Origin: Thermoanaerobaculia bacterium
Lineage (GTDB): Bacteria; Acidobacteriota; Thermoanaerobaculia; Multivoradales; JAGPDF01
Direction: 5' to 3'
Length of the DNA stretch: 64,000 nucleotides
NCBI GenBank assembly: GCA_050186295.1
Contig: JBFWYP010000011.1
Location: 24,889 to 88,888 of the forward strand
Notes under the pieces: generated by a model
Database searches by the model: none
What the model saw: only the letters and a program-made list of their open reading frames with translations
Told to the model about the DNA's origin: nothing
Made by a program: the position numbers and the translations under genes
Shown here: positions 56,436 through 64,000 of the stretch, in pieces
Position numbering within the stretch: position 1 is the stretch's first letter
How the letters are laid out: every line of letters starts with the position of its first letter

Positions 56436-57131
56436 ATGATGTTCGATCCGATGTACCTGCTGTTCATCGCCCCCGGGCTCCTGCTCTCCCTGTGGGCGAG
56501 CTTCCGGACCAAGTCCGCGTTCAACAAGTACTCGAAAGTGCGCGTCGCGACCGGTCTCACCGGGGCCCAGGCGGCGCAGAAGATGCTCGACGCGGCCGGG
56601 ATCGGCGACGTCAGGATCGTCGCGCACCAGGGGATGCTCTCGGACCACTACAACCCGGTGACGAAGACGCTGGCGCTCTCGGAGCCGGTCTACGGGGTAC
56701 CGTCGATCGCCGCCGTCGGCGTCGCCTGCCACGAGGCCGGGCACGCCATCCAGCATCAGGTGGGGTACAAGGCGCTCGGACTGCGCTCGATGCTCGTGCC
56801 GACGGCCAACATCGGGTCGTCGATCGGTTACTTCGTGATGCTCGGCGGCCTGATGTTCCAATCGCCCAAGATGGTGCTGGTCGGGGCGGCGCTCTTCTCG
56901 ATGGTGCTGCTCTTCCAGGTGGTCACGTTGCCGGTCGAGTTCGACGCCTCGAACCGTGCCAAGCAGCTGGCGGTGGCGAACGGCATCGTCCTGCCGCAGG
57001 AGCGCGAAGGGATGGACCGCGTCCTCAATGCCGCCGCCCTGACCTACGTCGCGGCGGCCGTTTCGACCCTGATGACGCTGCTCTACTTCCTGGTGAGAGC
57101 GGGGCTCCTCGGCGGCCGCAGCCGCGACTGA
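56436..57131 (+). CDS. YugP-like membrane zinc metallopeptidase (Zn_peptidase_2)
   Basis: A GAAGGAGG SD is present. The HExxH motif reads ACHEAGHAIQH. TM segments flank it, and the sequence PVEFDASNRA is present. Confidence 0.8.
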   Translation: MMFDPMYLLFIAPGLLLSLWASFRTKSAFNKYSKVRVATGLTGAQAAQKMLDAAGIGDVRIVAHQGMLSDHYNPVTKTLALSEPVYGVPSIAAVGVACHEAGHAIQHQVGYKALGLRSMLVPTANIGSSIGYFVMLGGLMFQSPKMVLVGAALFSMVLLFQVVTLPVEFDASNRAKQLAVANGIVLPQEREGMDRVLNAAALTYVAAAVSTLMTLLYFLVRAGLLGGRSRD

Positions 57132-57156
57132 AGCGGCCGGATGAGGCCGGAGCGGA

Positions 57157-57190
57157 GGAGCCGGGGTGGTCGACCGGCTCCTTTTCCTTT
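57157..57190 (+). terminator. Rho-independent terminator after the YugP-like gene
   Basis: The stem pairs GGAGCCGG with CCGGCTCC around a 9-nt loop. It is followed by TTTTCCTTT. Confidence 0.7.
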
Positions 57191-57331
57191 CCGGCCGGGC
57201 CGTGCTCCCGGAGGCGTCCGGCCGGACCGTGTAGCATCGCCGCAAGCAGAACGCTTCGAGAGCAGGACGCCCGCGCGCGAGTCGTGAGATTCGCGCCGCG
57301 TCTCGCGTCCTGTGCGACGGATCGAAGCGCG

Positions 57332-58213
57332 ATGAAGTCGATGCAGTCGACCGGAGGAGAGGAGATGAGCGAGGAAGCGAAGGAGCCGGAGCTGCGGTTC
57401 GAGCGTTCCGAAGGGGAGGAAGCGGCCGGCGAGGAGGCGGTCTGCGCCCTCTGCAAGCAGCCGATCCGCAACGTCTATTTCACGGTCGGGGGGCAGATCG
57501 CCTGCGCCGCCTGCCGCGGGCGCATCCTCGCCGAGCGCACCGGCGGCAGCGGACCGGGCCGGTTCGTCCGCGCCGCGCTCTTCGGCACCGGAGCGGCGAT
57601 CGTCGGTGCGCTCCTCTGGTACGGGGTCGCCAAGCTCACCGGCTACGAGTTCGGCCTGATCGCCATCGTCATCGGCCTGATGGTCGGCGCGGCGGTGCGG
57701 GCCGGATCGCGCCGGCGCGGCGGCTGGCGCTATCAGGCCCTGGCGATCTTCCTCACCTACACCTCGATCGTCTCGACCTACATCCCGGCGATCTTCGACG
57801 CCGCCGCGAGCTACGAGGAGACGGGCGAGAGCGACTCGATCGTCGCCGACGGGACTTCGGAGGACGAGACCGCTGTGGACGAGGAGGCGACCGGGCAGAA
57901 CGAGGGCGACGAAGGCGAGATCGAGCTCGTCCGCGACGACGCCCCGTTCGCCGCCGCCGACCCGGACGCGGGCGGACCGGTCGGTCCGCTCGGCTTCCTG
58001 CTCGGGCTGGGCATCCTCTTCGGCATCGCCTTCATCGCGCCGTTCCTCGGCGGGTTCTCGAACTTCATGGGCTGGATCATCCTGGCGATCGGTCTCTACG
58101 AAGCCTGGAAACTGAACCGGCGCGAGGAGATCTCGTTCGAGGGGCCGTTCCGGGTCGCCGGCGCGAGATCGACCTACGTCCCCGAGACGCCGCCGCCCTC
58201 GATCGCCCCGTGA
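57332..58213 (+). CDS. Membrane protein with acidic N-terminus, cytoplasmic CxxC...CxxC zinc ribbon and acidic loop, unknown family
   Basis: This is the internal ATG of ORF 56492..58213. The zinc ribbon reads VCALCKQPIRNVYFTVGGQIACAACRG. There are 4-5 TM helices. An Asp/Glu-rich loop is present (SDSIVADGTSEDETAVDEEATGQNEGDEGEIE). Confidence 0.6.
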   Translation: MKSMQSTGGEEMSEEAKEPELRFERSEGEEAAGEEAVCALCKQPIRNVYFTVGGQIACAACRGRILAERTGGSGPGRFVRAALFGTGAAIVGALLWYGVAKLTGYEFGLIAIVIGLMVGAAVRAGSRRRGGWRYQALAIFLTYTSIVSTYIPAIFDAAASYEETGESDSIVADGTSEDETAVDEEATGQNEGDEGEIELVRDDAPFAAADPDAGGPVGPLGFLLGLGILFGIAFIAPFLGGFSNFMGWIILAIGLYEAWKLNRREEISFEGPFRVAGARSTYVPETPPPSIAP

Positions 58214-59265
58214 CCGCGACGGACGCCGCCGAGCGCCTGCGCTGCGAGTGCGGGACCGAGCTCTCCGCCTCGCTCCTCGCCTGTCCGAGCTGCCGGCGGC
58301 TCGTGCACCGGCGGCGTCTCGAAGAGCTCGCTGTGCAGGCCGAGCGGGCGGAGGAGGGCGGCGATCTGCCGGCGGCGCTCGTTGCCTGGCGTGAGGCGCT
58401 CGAGCTATTACCGGCGGAGTCGTCCCAGGCGCGCCGAATCGCCGACCGGGTCACCGCGGCGCGGGCCCGGGCGCCGGCGGCATCGCTCGACGCGGCGGCG
58501 CGCGACGACGCCTCGGGCCGCCGCGGGTCGTGGCTGGCGAAGCGCCTGGCACCGCTCGGCGTGGTCGGCGTGTTGCTCTGGAAGTTCAAGTTCGTGCTCG
58601 TCGCGATCCTCGGCAAGGCGAAATTGGCTCTCCTCGGACTCACCAAGCTGGGGACGCTGACCTCGATGCTGGCGTCGTTCGGTCTCTACTGGGCGATCTG
58701 GGGCTGGCCGCTTGCCGCCGGGCTGATCGTCTCGATCTACCTGCACGAGATGGGTCACGTGGCCCGGCTCGCGCAGCTCGGCATGAAGGTCGACGCGCCG
58801 ATGTTCGTGCCCGGCCTCGGCGCTTACGTGCGCCTGCGGCAGCGGCCGCTCGACGCCGTCGAAGATGCGCGGATCGGGCTCGCCGGTCCGATCTGGGGTC
58901 TCGGCGCCGCGCTCGCCTCCGTGGCCGTCTGGTGGGCCACCGGGTCCGGCCTCGCGCTCGCGATCGCCCACCTCGGCGCCTGGATCAATCTGTTCAATCT
59001 CCTTCCCCTCGGTCCCCTCGACGGCGGCCGCGCCTTCCGTGCGCTCTCGGGCGGCGGACGCTGGCTCGCGACCGCGGCGCTCGCCGCCGCCTGGGTGGTG
59101 AGCCGGGAGGGGCTGCTCCTGCTGCTGATCGTGGTGGCGATCTGGCGCGCGCTCCGTCCCGACTCGGCAACGACCGATCGCCGCGCGCTCGCCGAATACG
59201 TCGGCCTCGTCGCCGCGCTGACCGCGATCCTCCTCCTGCCCGCCGCGCTCCCCGCCACACCGTAG
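58210..59265 (+). CDS. M50-family (site-2-protease-like) membrane metalloprotease with N-terminal zinc ribbon
   Basis: It overlaps the upstream stop (GTGA). The N-terminal zinc ribbon is CECGTELSASLLACPSCRRL. The HExxH motif reads YLHEMGHVARL. NLFNLLPLGPLDGG is present. Confidence 0.8.
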   Translation: MTATDAAERLRCECGTELSASLLACPSCRRLVHRRRLEELAVQAERAEEGGDLPAALVAWREALELLPAESSQARRIADRVTAARARAPAASLDAAARDDASGRRGSWLAKRLAPLGVVGVLLWKFKFVLVAILGKAKLALLGLTKLGTLTSMLASFGLYWAIWGWPLAAGLIVSIYLHEMGHVARLAQLGMKVDAPMFVPGLGAYVRLRQRPLDAVEDARIGLAGPIWGLGAALASVAVWWATGSGLALAIAHLGAWINLFNLLPLGPLDGGRAFRALSGGGRWLATAALAAAWVVSREGLLLLLIVVAIWRALRPDSATTDRRALAEYVGLVAALTAILLLPAALPATP

Positions 59266-59392
59266 CTCCCGTCCGGCAGGCCGCGGGCGAGGCGAAGATT
59301 CGCCGCCCCCTTTCGCGTCCGAAGAAGACGTGATCCCCCGCTCCGCGCTCGTCCGTCGGGCCGCCGGCCCGACCGTCCGTCGACGCTCCGGA

Positions 59393-59408
59393 AAAAGTCG
59401 CGACTTTT
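59393..59408. promoter_or_regulatory. Perfect 16-bp palindrome AAAAGTCGCGACTTTT (candidate operator at the -35 position of the RHS promoter)
   Basis: Read directly. It lies 24-39 nt upstream of the TAGCAT box at 59432. Confidence 0.5.
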
Positions 59409-59431
59409 CTGGACAGGCGATCCGAAATGTG

Positions 59432-59437
59432 TAGCAT
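59432..59437 (+). promoter_or_regulatory. Putative -10 box (TAGCAT) of the RHS gene
   Basis: It lies within GTGTAGCATCG, the same 11-mer found at 57229. It is 21 nt upstream of the ATG at 59459, with AAGAAAGG between. Confidence 0.4.
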
Positions 59438-59458
59438 CGAGGCAAGAAAGGTCAATCT

Positions 59459-62400
59459 ATGACTTGGTTCGCCCGGGTCGGCTTTCGCCGGACCGTAGCT
59501 CGGCTGTTGCTTGCTCTCTTCGCTCTGCCCACCGGTCCCGCGCTCGGCATGGGGGTGGTGGAGGCCGACGATCTCGGCTTCGTCGTTGCCGAGCCCGCTC
59601 CGCAGTTCGGCGCGATGGTCGAGCTCTCCGAACGAACGACGGCGCTCGCGGAAGCTCTCCGTGCCGCCCGGCGGATCGTGCAGCGTGCGCGGCCGGGAGT
59701 GATGGCGGCGCGGTCGATGCTCGCCGCGCTGGATCGCTCCCTTCGCAGCGCATGGCCTGCGGTCGCTCCGCTCGTGCGGCGCGGTCGCGTCGCGGCGGCG
59801 ATCGGTCTCGACCTCGCCGCGGAGCGAGCGCTCGTCCGTCCCGGGGTTTCGTCGTTCGCGACGACGGAGGGCGCGGGGGCTTCCCGGCGAAACGCGGAAG
59901 GCGATCCGGCCACTCTTCCGCTGACCGACCTCCCGGCGCCCCCGACGCCGCCGGATGCGGTCCCGACGGCGCTGCCTCCGGGGGCCGCGGCGCGCTCGCG
60001 GCGAGCGACACCGGCGACCGCTCCTTCCTCCGGACTCGAGCCGTCCGTGGCCGTGCCGGTCGTGCCGGCGTTCAGCCTGCTCTCGATCAGCTGGCAGCCG
60101 AACGATCCGTCGCCCGGGGCGGTCTTCCTTCCGGTCGCGGGCGCCGTCCGGCGCGTCTTCGCCTTCGACGCCTGCGACCCGGGCGACCCCTGGAAGCTCT
60201 GGGACCCGGCGGATCCGGGCGGTTCGGATCTCGCGGCGATCACACCGGCGATGGGGTTCTGGCTGGAGGGGGTGGCGGAGGCGATGATCCCCGAGGGCGG
60301 CCCGGAGCCGGACGCGACCTCGATCCCGCTCTGCCCGGGGTGGAACCTGATCGGCTTTCCGTCATCCTCGCCGCGGCCGGTGACGGCGGCCCTGGCGTCG
60401 ATCGCCGGGAGCTACCTGCGCGTCTTCGGCTTCGATCCGAACGACAGCGACGATCCGTGGGAGGTCTTCGACGTCGCGGTTCCGGCCTGGGCCAACGACC
60501 TCACCGAGCTTCGTCCCGGTCGCGGCTACTGGATCTACGTCACCGCGGCGACGACGCTCGAGGTCTCGAACCAGGACGATCTGCCGACGGCGGCGATCGT
60601 TTCGCCGGACGACCTCGCCGAGGTCACCGGACCGGTCCCGGTGGTCGGCACGGTGCGCTCGCCGACGCTCGCCTCGTGGCGCCTCTCCTACCGCGCAGCC
60701 GGCGACGCCGACTGGATCGACCTCGGCACCGGTTCGGCTCCGGTCGAGGCGGCGCCGCTCGGCGAGCTCGACCCGACGCTGCTCGAGAACGGCCTCTACG
60801 AGCTCCGGCTCGTCGCGGTCGACGGCGCCGGCCGGGTCGCCGAGAGCTCGATCGCGATCTCGATCGCCGGCCAGCGCAAGATCGGCTCGTTCTCGCTCGC
60901 CTTCGTCGATCTCGAGGTGCCGCTTTCCGGGATCCCGATCCAGGTGATCCGGAGCTACGACAGTCGCCGGCGGGCCCGTCGCGGTGACTTCGGATTCGGC
61001 TGGGAGCTCGAGCTGCGGAGCGGCAGCTATCGCACCAACCGGCCGGTGGGCGAGGGCTGGCAGCTGCTCCAGGGATTCCTGCCCTGCGACACGGCGCTCG
61101 AAACGAGCAGCCACGTCGCCACGGTGCGCCTGTCCGATCGCGAGATCTACCGTTTCCGTCCGGTCCTGTCGCAGCTCTCTCCCGGCGTCGGCGGCTGCTT
61201 CGGCGTCGCCGGCTTCGCCCTCGTCGACGGCCCGGTGCCCGGCGCCTCGCTCACCGTTCTCGGCAACCGCAACGTCGTCTGGACCTCGGGCAGCGACCGG
61301 CTGCTCGACACCGACGGCGAGCTGTTCGACCCGGCGCTCGTCGAGCTCGTCACGCGAGACGGCCGCCGCTACGAAGTCGACCGCGCCGCCGGCGTGCGCC
61401 GGATCACCGATGCGAACGGCAACGCCGTCACCTTCGGCGCCTCCGGCGTCACGCACTCGAGCGGCGCCTCGATCTCGTTCGACCGCGACGGCGAGGGGAG
61501 GATCGTCCGGATCGTCGACCCGGCGGGGGCGGAGCTCCTGTACGACTACGACGCAGCCGGCGACCTCGCGAGCTTCACCGACCGCGGAGGAGCCGTTTCG
61601 ACTTACGGCTATCTCGACGGCCACTATCTCGAAGAGATCGTCGACCCGCGCGGTGTCACGCCGATCCGCAACGAGTACGGCGCGGACGGGCGACTGCTCC
61701 GTCACATCGACGCCTTCGGTCACGAGATCGTCTACGACCATCAGCTCGCGACGAATCGCGAGATCGTCACCAACCGTCTCGGTGCGTCGCGGCTCCTCGA
61801 GTACGACGGGCGCGGCAACGTCACCCGCGAGGTCGACGAGTCGGGCGTCGAGACGACCCGTACCTTCGACGGCGACGATCAGCTCCTGTCGGAGACCGAC
61901 GCGCTCGGTCAGACGACGAGCTACACCTGGAGCGCCGACCGCAATCTCCTGTCGACGACCGATCCGCTCGGTCACGTCTCGAGCTTCACGTACGACACGA
62001 AGGGCAACGTGCTGCGGGCCACCGATCCGAAGGGTGGCGTCACGGTCAACGTCTACGACGCGCGCTCGAACCTGGTGCGGACGACCGATCCGACCGGCGC
62101 GATCACCACGTTCACCTACAACGCGCGCGGCGAGGTCCTGAGCGAGGTCGACGCAGCCGGCGGCCTGTCGAGCTACCAGTACGACGCGCGGGGCCGGATG
62201 ACGCGCGAAACCGATGCCTCCGGCGCGAGCACGATCTACACCTACTCCGCGGTGGGCGATCGCCTCAGCGCGTCGCGCAGCCGGACCCTCCCCGACGGCA
62301 GCTCGGCGGTCGAGGTCACGACGTTCGTCTACGACGCGAGGAGCCAGCTCCTCGCGACCACGTCGCCGGACGGCTCCGTGTCGCGCAGCGAATACGACGC

Positions 62401-64000
62401 CCTGGGCAACGTCACCGCCTCGATCGACGCTCTCGGCCGTCGCACCGAGCTCACCTGGGACGAGCTCGGCCGGCAGGTGCGGACCGATCATCCCGACGGG
62501 ACGTCCGAAGTCAGCGAATACGACGCCGAGAACCGGCGGACGGCGTTCGTCGACCGGTCGGGGCGGCGCACCACGTACGAGTACGACCCGGCCGGCCGGT
62601 TGCGGCGCACCCTCTTCCCGGACGGTGCTTCGACGGAGCAGATCTACGACGACGCCGGGCGCCTCGTGCATTCGGTCGATCCGCGCGGCCACGGGACGAA
62701 CCTCGCCTACGACGCGGCGGGGCGCCGGACGTCGGTCACGGATGCGCTCGGCCACGTGACCTCGTTCACCTACGACGCCGCCGGCAACCAGCTGGCGGTG
62801 GTCGATCCGCGCGGAAGCTCGACGACGTTCGTCTACGACGCCGGCAATCGCCTGGTGAGGACGATCGCCCCCGACGCCACCTTGCGCTCGACCGGCTACG
62901 ACAGCGCCGGGCGGCGGACCTCCGAGACCGACGAGGCGGGGCGGGTGACGCAGTTCGCCTACGACGCGCTCGGGAGGCTCGTCGCGGTGACCGACGCGGC
63001 GGGTCAGGTGACCTCCTACGGCTACGACGAAGCGGGGAACCGGATCGCCCAGACGGACGCGAACGGGAACGTGACGCGCTTCGAGTTCGACAGCCTCGGT
63101 CGCCAGACGCGGCGGATCCTTCCGGACGGAGCGGCGGAGCGGTTCACCTACGACGCGCTCGGCAACCGGACGTCGCGGACGGACTTCGCCGGCCGCACGA
63201 CGCTCTACGACTACGACGTCGCCGGGCGTCTCCTGCGGCGCCGCTACCCGGGCGGAGCGGAGGTGCAGTTCACCTACTCGGCGAGCGGCCGCCGGACGAG
63301 CGCGGCCGATGCCCGCGGGGTGACGAGCTACGCCTACGACGAGCGCGACCGGCTCGCGGCCCTGATCGATCCCGACGGGCGGGAGCTCGACTTCGGCTAC
63401 GACGCCGCCGGCAACCGCACGATGCTGACCGCCGCCGTCGGCGGGCGCCTTCTCACGACGACCTTCACCTACGACGATCTCAACCGCCTGGACACGGTGA
63501 CCGACCCGGCCGGCGGCGTCTACGACCACAACTACGACGCCAACGGCAATCGCGAGAGCCTGCTCTTCCCGAACGGGGTGGCGACGACCTACTCGTACAG
63601 CGCGCGCAACCAGCTGCTCGACGTCGCGACGGTCGGCAGCGGCGGCGCGACGCTCCTCGCCTTCGCCTACACGCTCTCTCCGACGGGCAACCGGACGCGG
63701 ATCGTCGAGCAGGACGGGACGACGCGCCACTACGGCTACGACGCGCTCTACCGCCTGACGGACGAGCACGTCCGCCAGGGCACGGTGGACGACGCACCGA
63801 CGGCCTGGCGGAACCGGTTCACCTACGACGCGGTCGGCAACCGGCTGGAGCAGCTGCGGCAGGTGGAGTCGGGCGCGCCGCAGCTCGTCCTCTACAGCTA
63901 CGACGAACGCGACCGTCTGCTGGTGGAGAACGGGATCGCCGGCCCGGTGACGTACGGCTGGGACGCGAACGGCAACCAGACGGCGAAGAGCGGAGCGGAC
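59459..64000 (+). CDS. RHS/YD-repeat protein (polymorphic-toxin-type scaffold), 3' partial
   Basis: This gene is not in the ORF track because the frame has no stop before the window edge. I translated it by hand from the ATG at 59459 and it is in frame through 64000, giving 1514 codons. The N-terminus MTWFARVGFRRTVARLLLALFALPTGPALG is signal-like. From about 60900 there are dense YD repeats: ITDANGNAVTF, YDYDAAGDLASFTDRGG, TYTWSADRNLLSTTDPLGH, FTYDTKGNVLRATDPKGG, YQYDARGRMTRETDASG and others. Confidence 0.9.
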   Translation, partial: MTWFARVGFRRTVARLLLALFALPTGPALGMGVVEADDLGFVVAEPAPQFGAMVELSERTTALAEALRAARRIVQRARPGVMAARSMLAALDRSLRSAWPAVAPLVRRGRVAAAIGLDLAAERALVRPGVSSFATTEGAGASRRNAEGDPATLPLTDLPAPPTPPDAVPTALPPGAAARSRRATPATAPSSGLEPSVAVPVVPAFSLLSISWQPNDPSPGAVFLPVAGAVRRVFAFDACDPGDPWKLWDPADPGGSDLAAITPAMGFWLEGVAEAMIPEGGPEPDATSIPLCPGWNLIGFPSSSPRPVTAALASIAGSYLRVFGFDPNDSDDPWEVFDVAVPAWANDLTELRPGRGYWIYVTAATTLEVSNQDDLPTAAIVSPDDLAEVTGPVPVVGTVRSPTLASWRLSYRAAGDADWIDLGTGSAPVEAAPLGELDPTLLENGLYELRLVAVDGAGRVAESSIAISIAGQRKIGSFSLAFVDLEVPLSGIPIQVIRSYDSRRRARRGDFGFGWELELRSGSYRTNRPVGEGWQLLQGFLPCDTALETSSHVATVRLSDREIYRFRPVLSQLSPGVGGCFGVAGFALVDGPVPGASLTVLGNRNVVWTSGSDRLLDTDGELFDPALVELVTRDGRRYEVDRAAGVRRITDANGNAVTFGASGVTHSSGASISFDRDGEGRIVRIVDPAGAELLYDYDAAGDLASFTDRGGAVSTYGYLDGHYLEEIVDPRGVTPIRNEYGADGRLLRHIDAFGHEIVYDHQLATNREIVTNRLGASRLLEYDGRGNVTREVDESGVETTRTFDGDDQLLSETDALGQTTSYTWSADRNLLSTTDPLGHVSSFTYDTKGNVLRATDPKGGVTVNVYDARSNLVRTTDPTGAITTFTYNARGEVLSEVDAAGGLSSYQYDARGRMTRETDASGASTIYTYSAVGDRLSASRSRTLPDGSSAVEVTTFVYDARSQLLATTSPDGSVSRSEYDALGNVTASIDALGRRTELTWDELGRQVRTDHPDGTSEVSEYDAENRRTAFVDRSGRRTTYEYDPAGRLRRTLFPDGASTEQIYDDAGRLVHSVDPRGHGTNLAYDAAGRRTSVTDALGHVTSFTYDAAGNQLAVVDPRGSSTTFVYDAGNRLVRTIAPDATLRSTGYDSAGRRTSETDEAGRVTQFAYDALGRLVAVTDAAGQVTSYGYDEAGNRIAQTDANGNVTRFEFDSLGRQTRRILPDGAAERFTYDALGNRTSRTDFAGRTTLYDYDVAGRLLRRRYPGGAEVQFTYSASGRRTSAADARGVTSYAYDERDRLAALIDPDGRELDFGYDAAGNRTMLTAAVGGRLLTTTFTYDDLNRLDTVTDPAGGVYDHNYDANGNRESLLFPNGVATTYSYSARNQLLDVATVGSGGATLLAFAYTLSPTGNRTRIVEQDGTTRHYGYDALYRLTDEHVRQGTVDDAPTAWRNRFTYDAVGNRLEQLRQVESGAPQLVLYSYDERDRLLVENGIAGPVTYGWDANGNQTAKSGAD

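Noticed and set aside
60362-63769. A 1,135-aa minus-strand ORF, plus + strand ORFs 59464..60987 and 60984..62141.
   Set aside because: All overlap the open frame that encodes canonical YD repeats. Their translations are Arg/Ala/Pro-rich junk. The real gene is missing from the track only because it has no stop within the window.

Overview
This is a very GC-rich bacterial chromosomal segment. Hand counts give about 72% G+C in a typical gene here. I call about 55 protein genes and one tRNA. No rRNA, CRISPR array, transposase or integrase was seen. All product names come from motifs I recognise in the translations, not from database searches.

Most long ORFs in the six-frame track are Arg/Ala/Gly-rich shadow frames of the real genes.

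The backbone is housekeeping:
- a two-component pair, beta-carbonic anhydrase, YebC and an e(P4)-type acid phosphatase
- an M28 peptidase, moeA and rsgA
- a pilT-pilC-pilS/pilR-like block
- rmlA/rmlC, uppP, TerC, tmk and holB
- mmsA, yhbY-mgtE and similar genes

The accessory-looking parts are:
1. A roughly 1,300-aa secreted thermolysin-like protease carrying an internal 603-nt tandem duplication.
2. A lower-GC two-gene islet at 27.3-29.9 kb. It encodes a signal-peptide-bearing mini-protein with 10 cysteines plus a 740-aa beta-sandwich-repeat protein, and it is preceded by a 14-G homopolymer. This is my best candidate for something undescribed, but I cannot assign it a function.
3. A Cu/Ag resistance island (small Cys/Met protein, cusCBA, DUF3347, copA) in which one CP..CPxC mini-domain recurs.
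4. A DUF1801 protein with a histone-H1-like Lys/Ala tail.
5. A zinc-ribbon membrane protein plus an M50-like protease, lying upstream of a large RHS/YD-repeat gene. That gene runs off the 3' window edge and is absent from the ORF track.

Two further points. A tRNA-Sec (selC) lies at 9773-9872. At least nine genes have a TAnnnT box 5-8 nt upstream of the start codon and no Shine-Dalgarno sequence, which suggests widespread leaderless transcription.

The taxon is an inference only: an Acidobacteriota- or Myxococcota-like organism.
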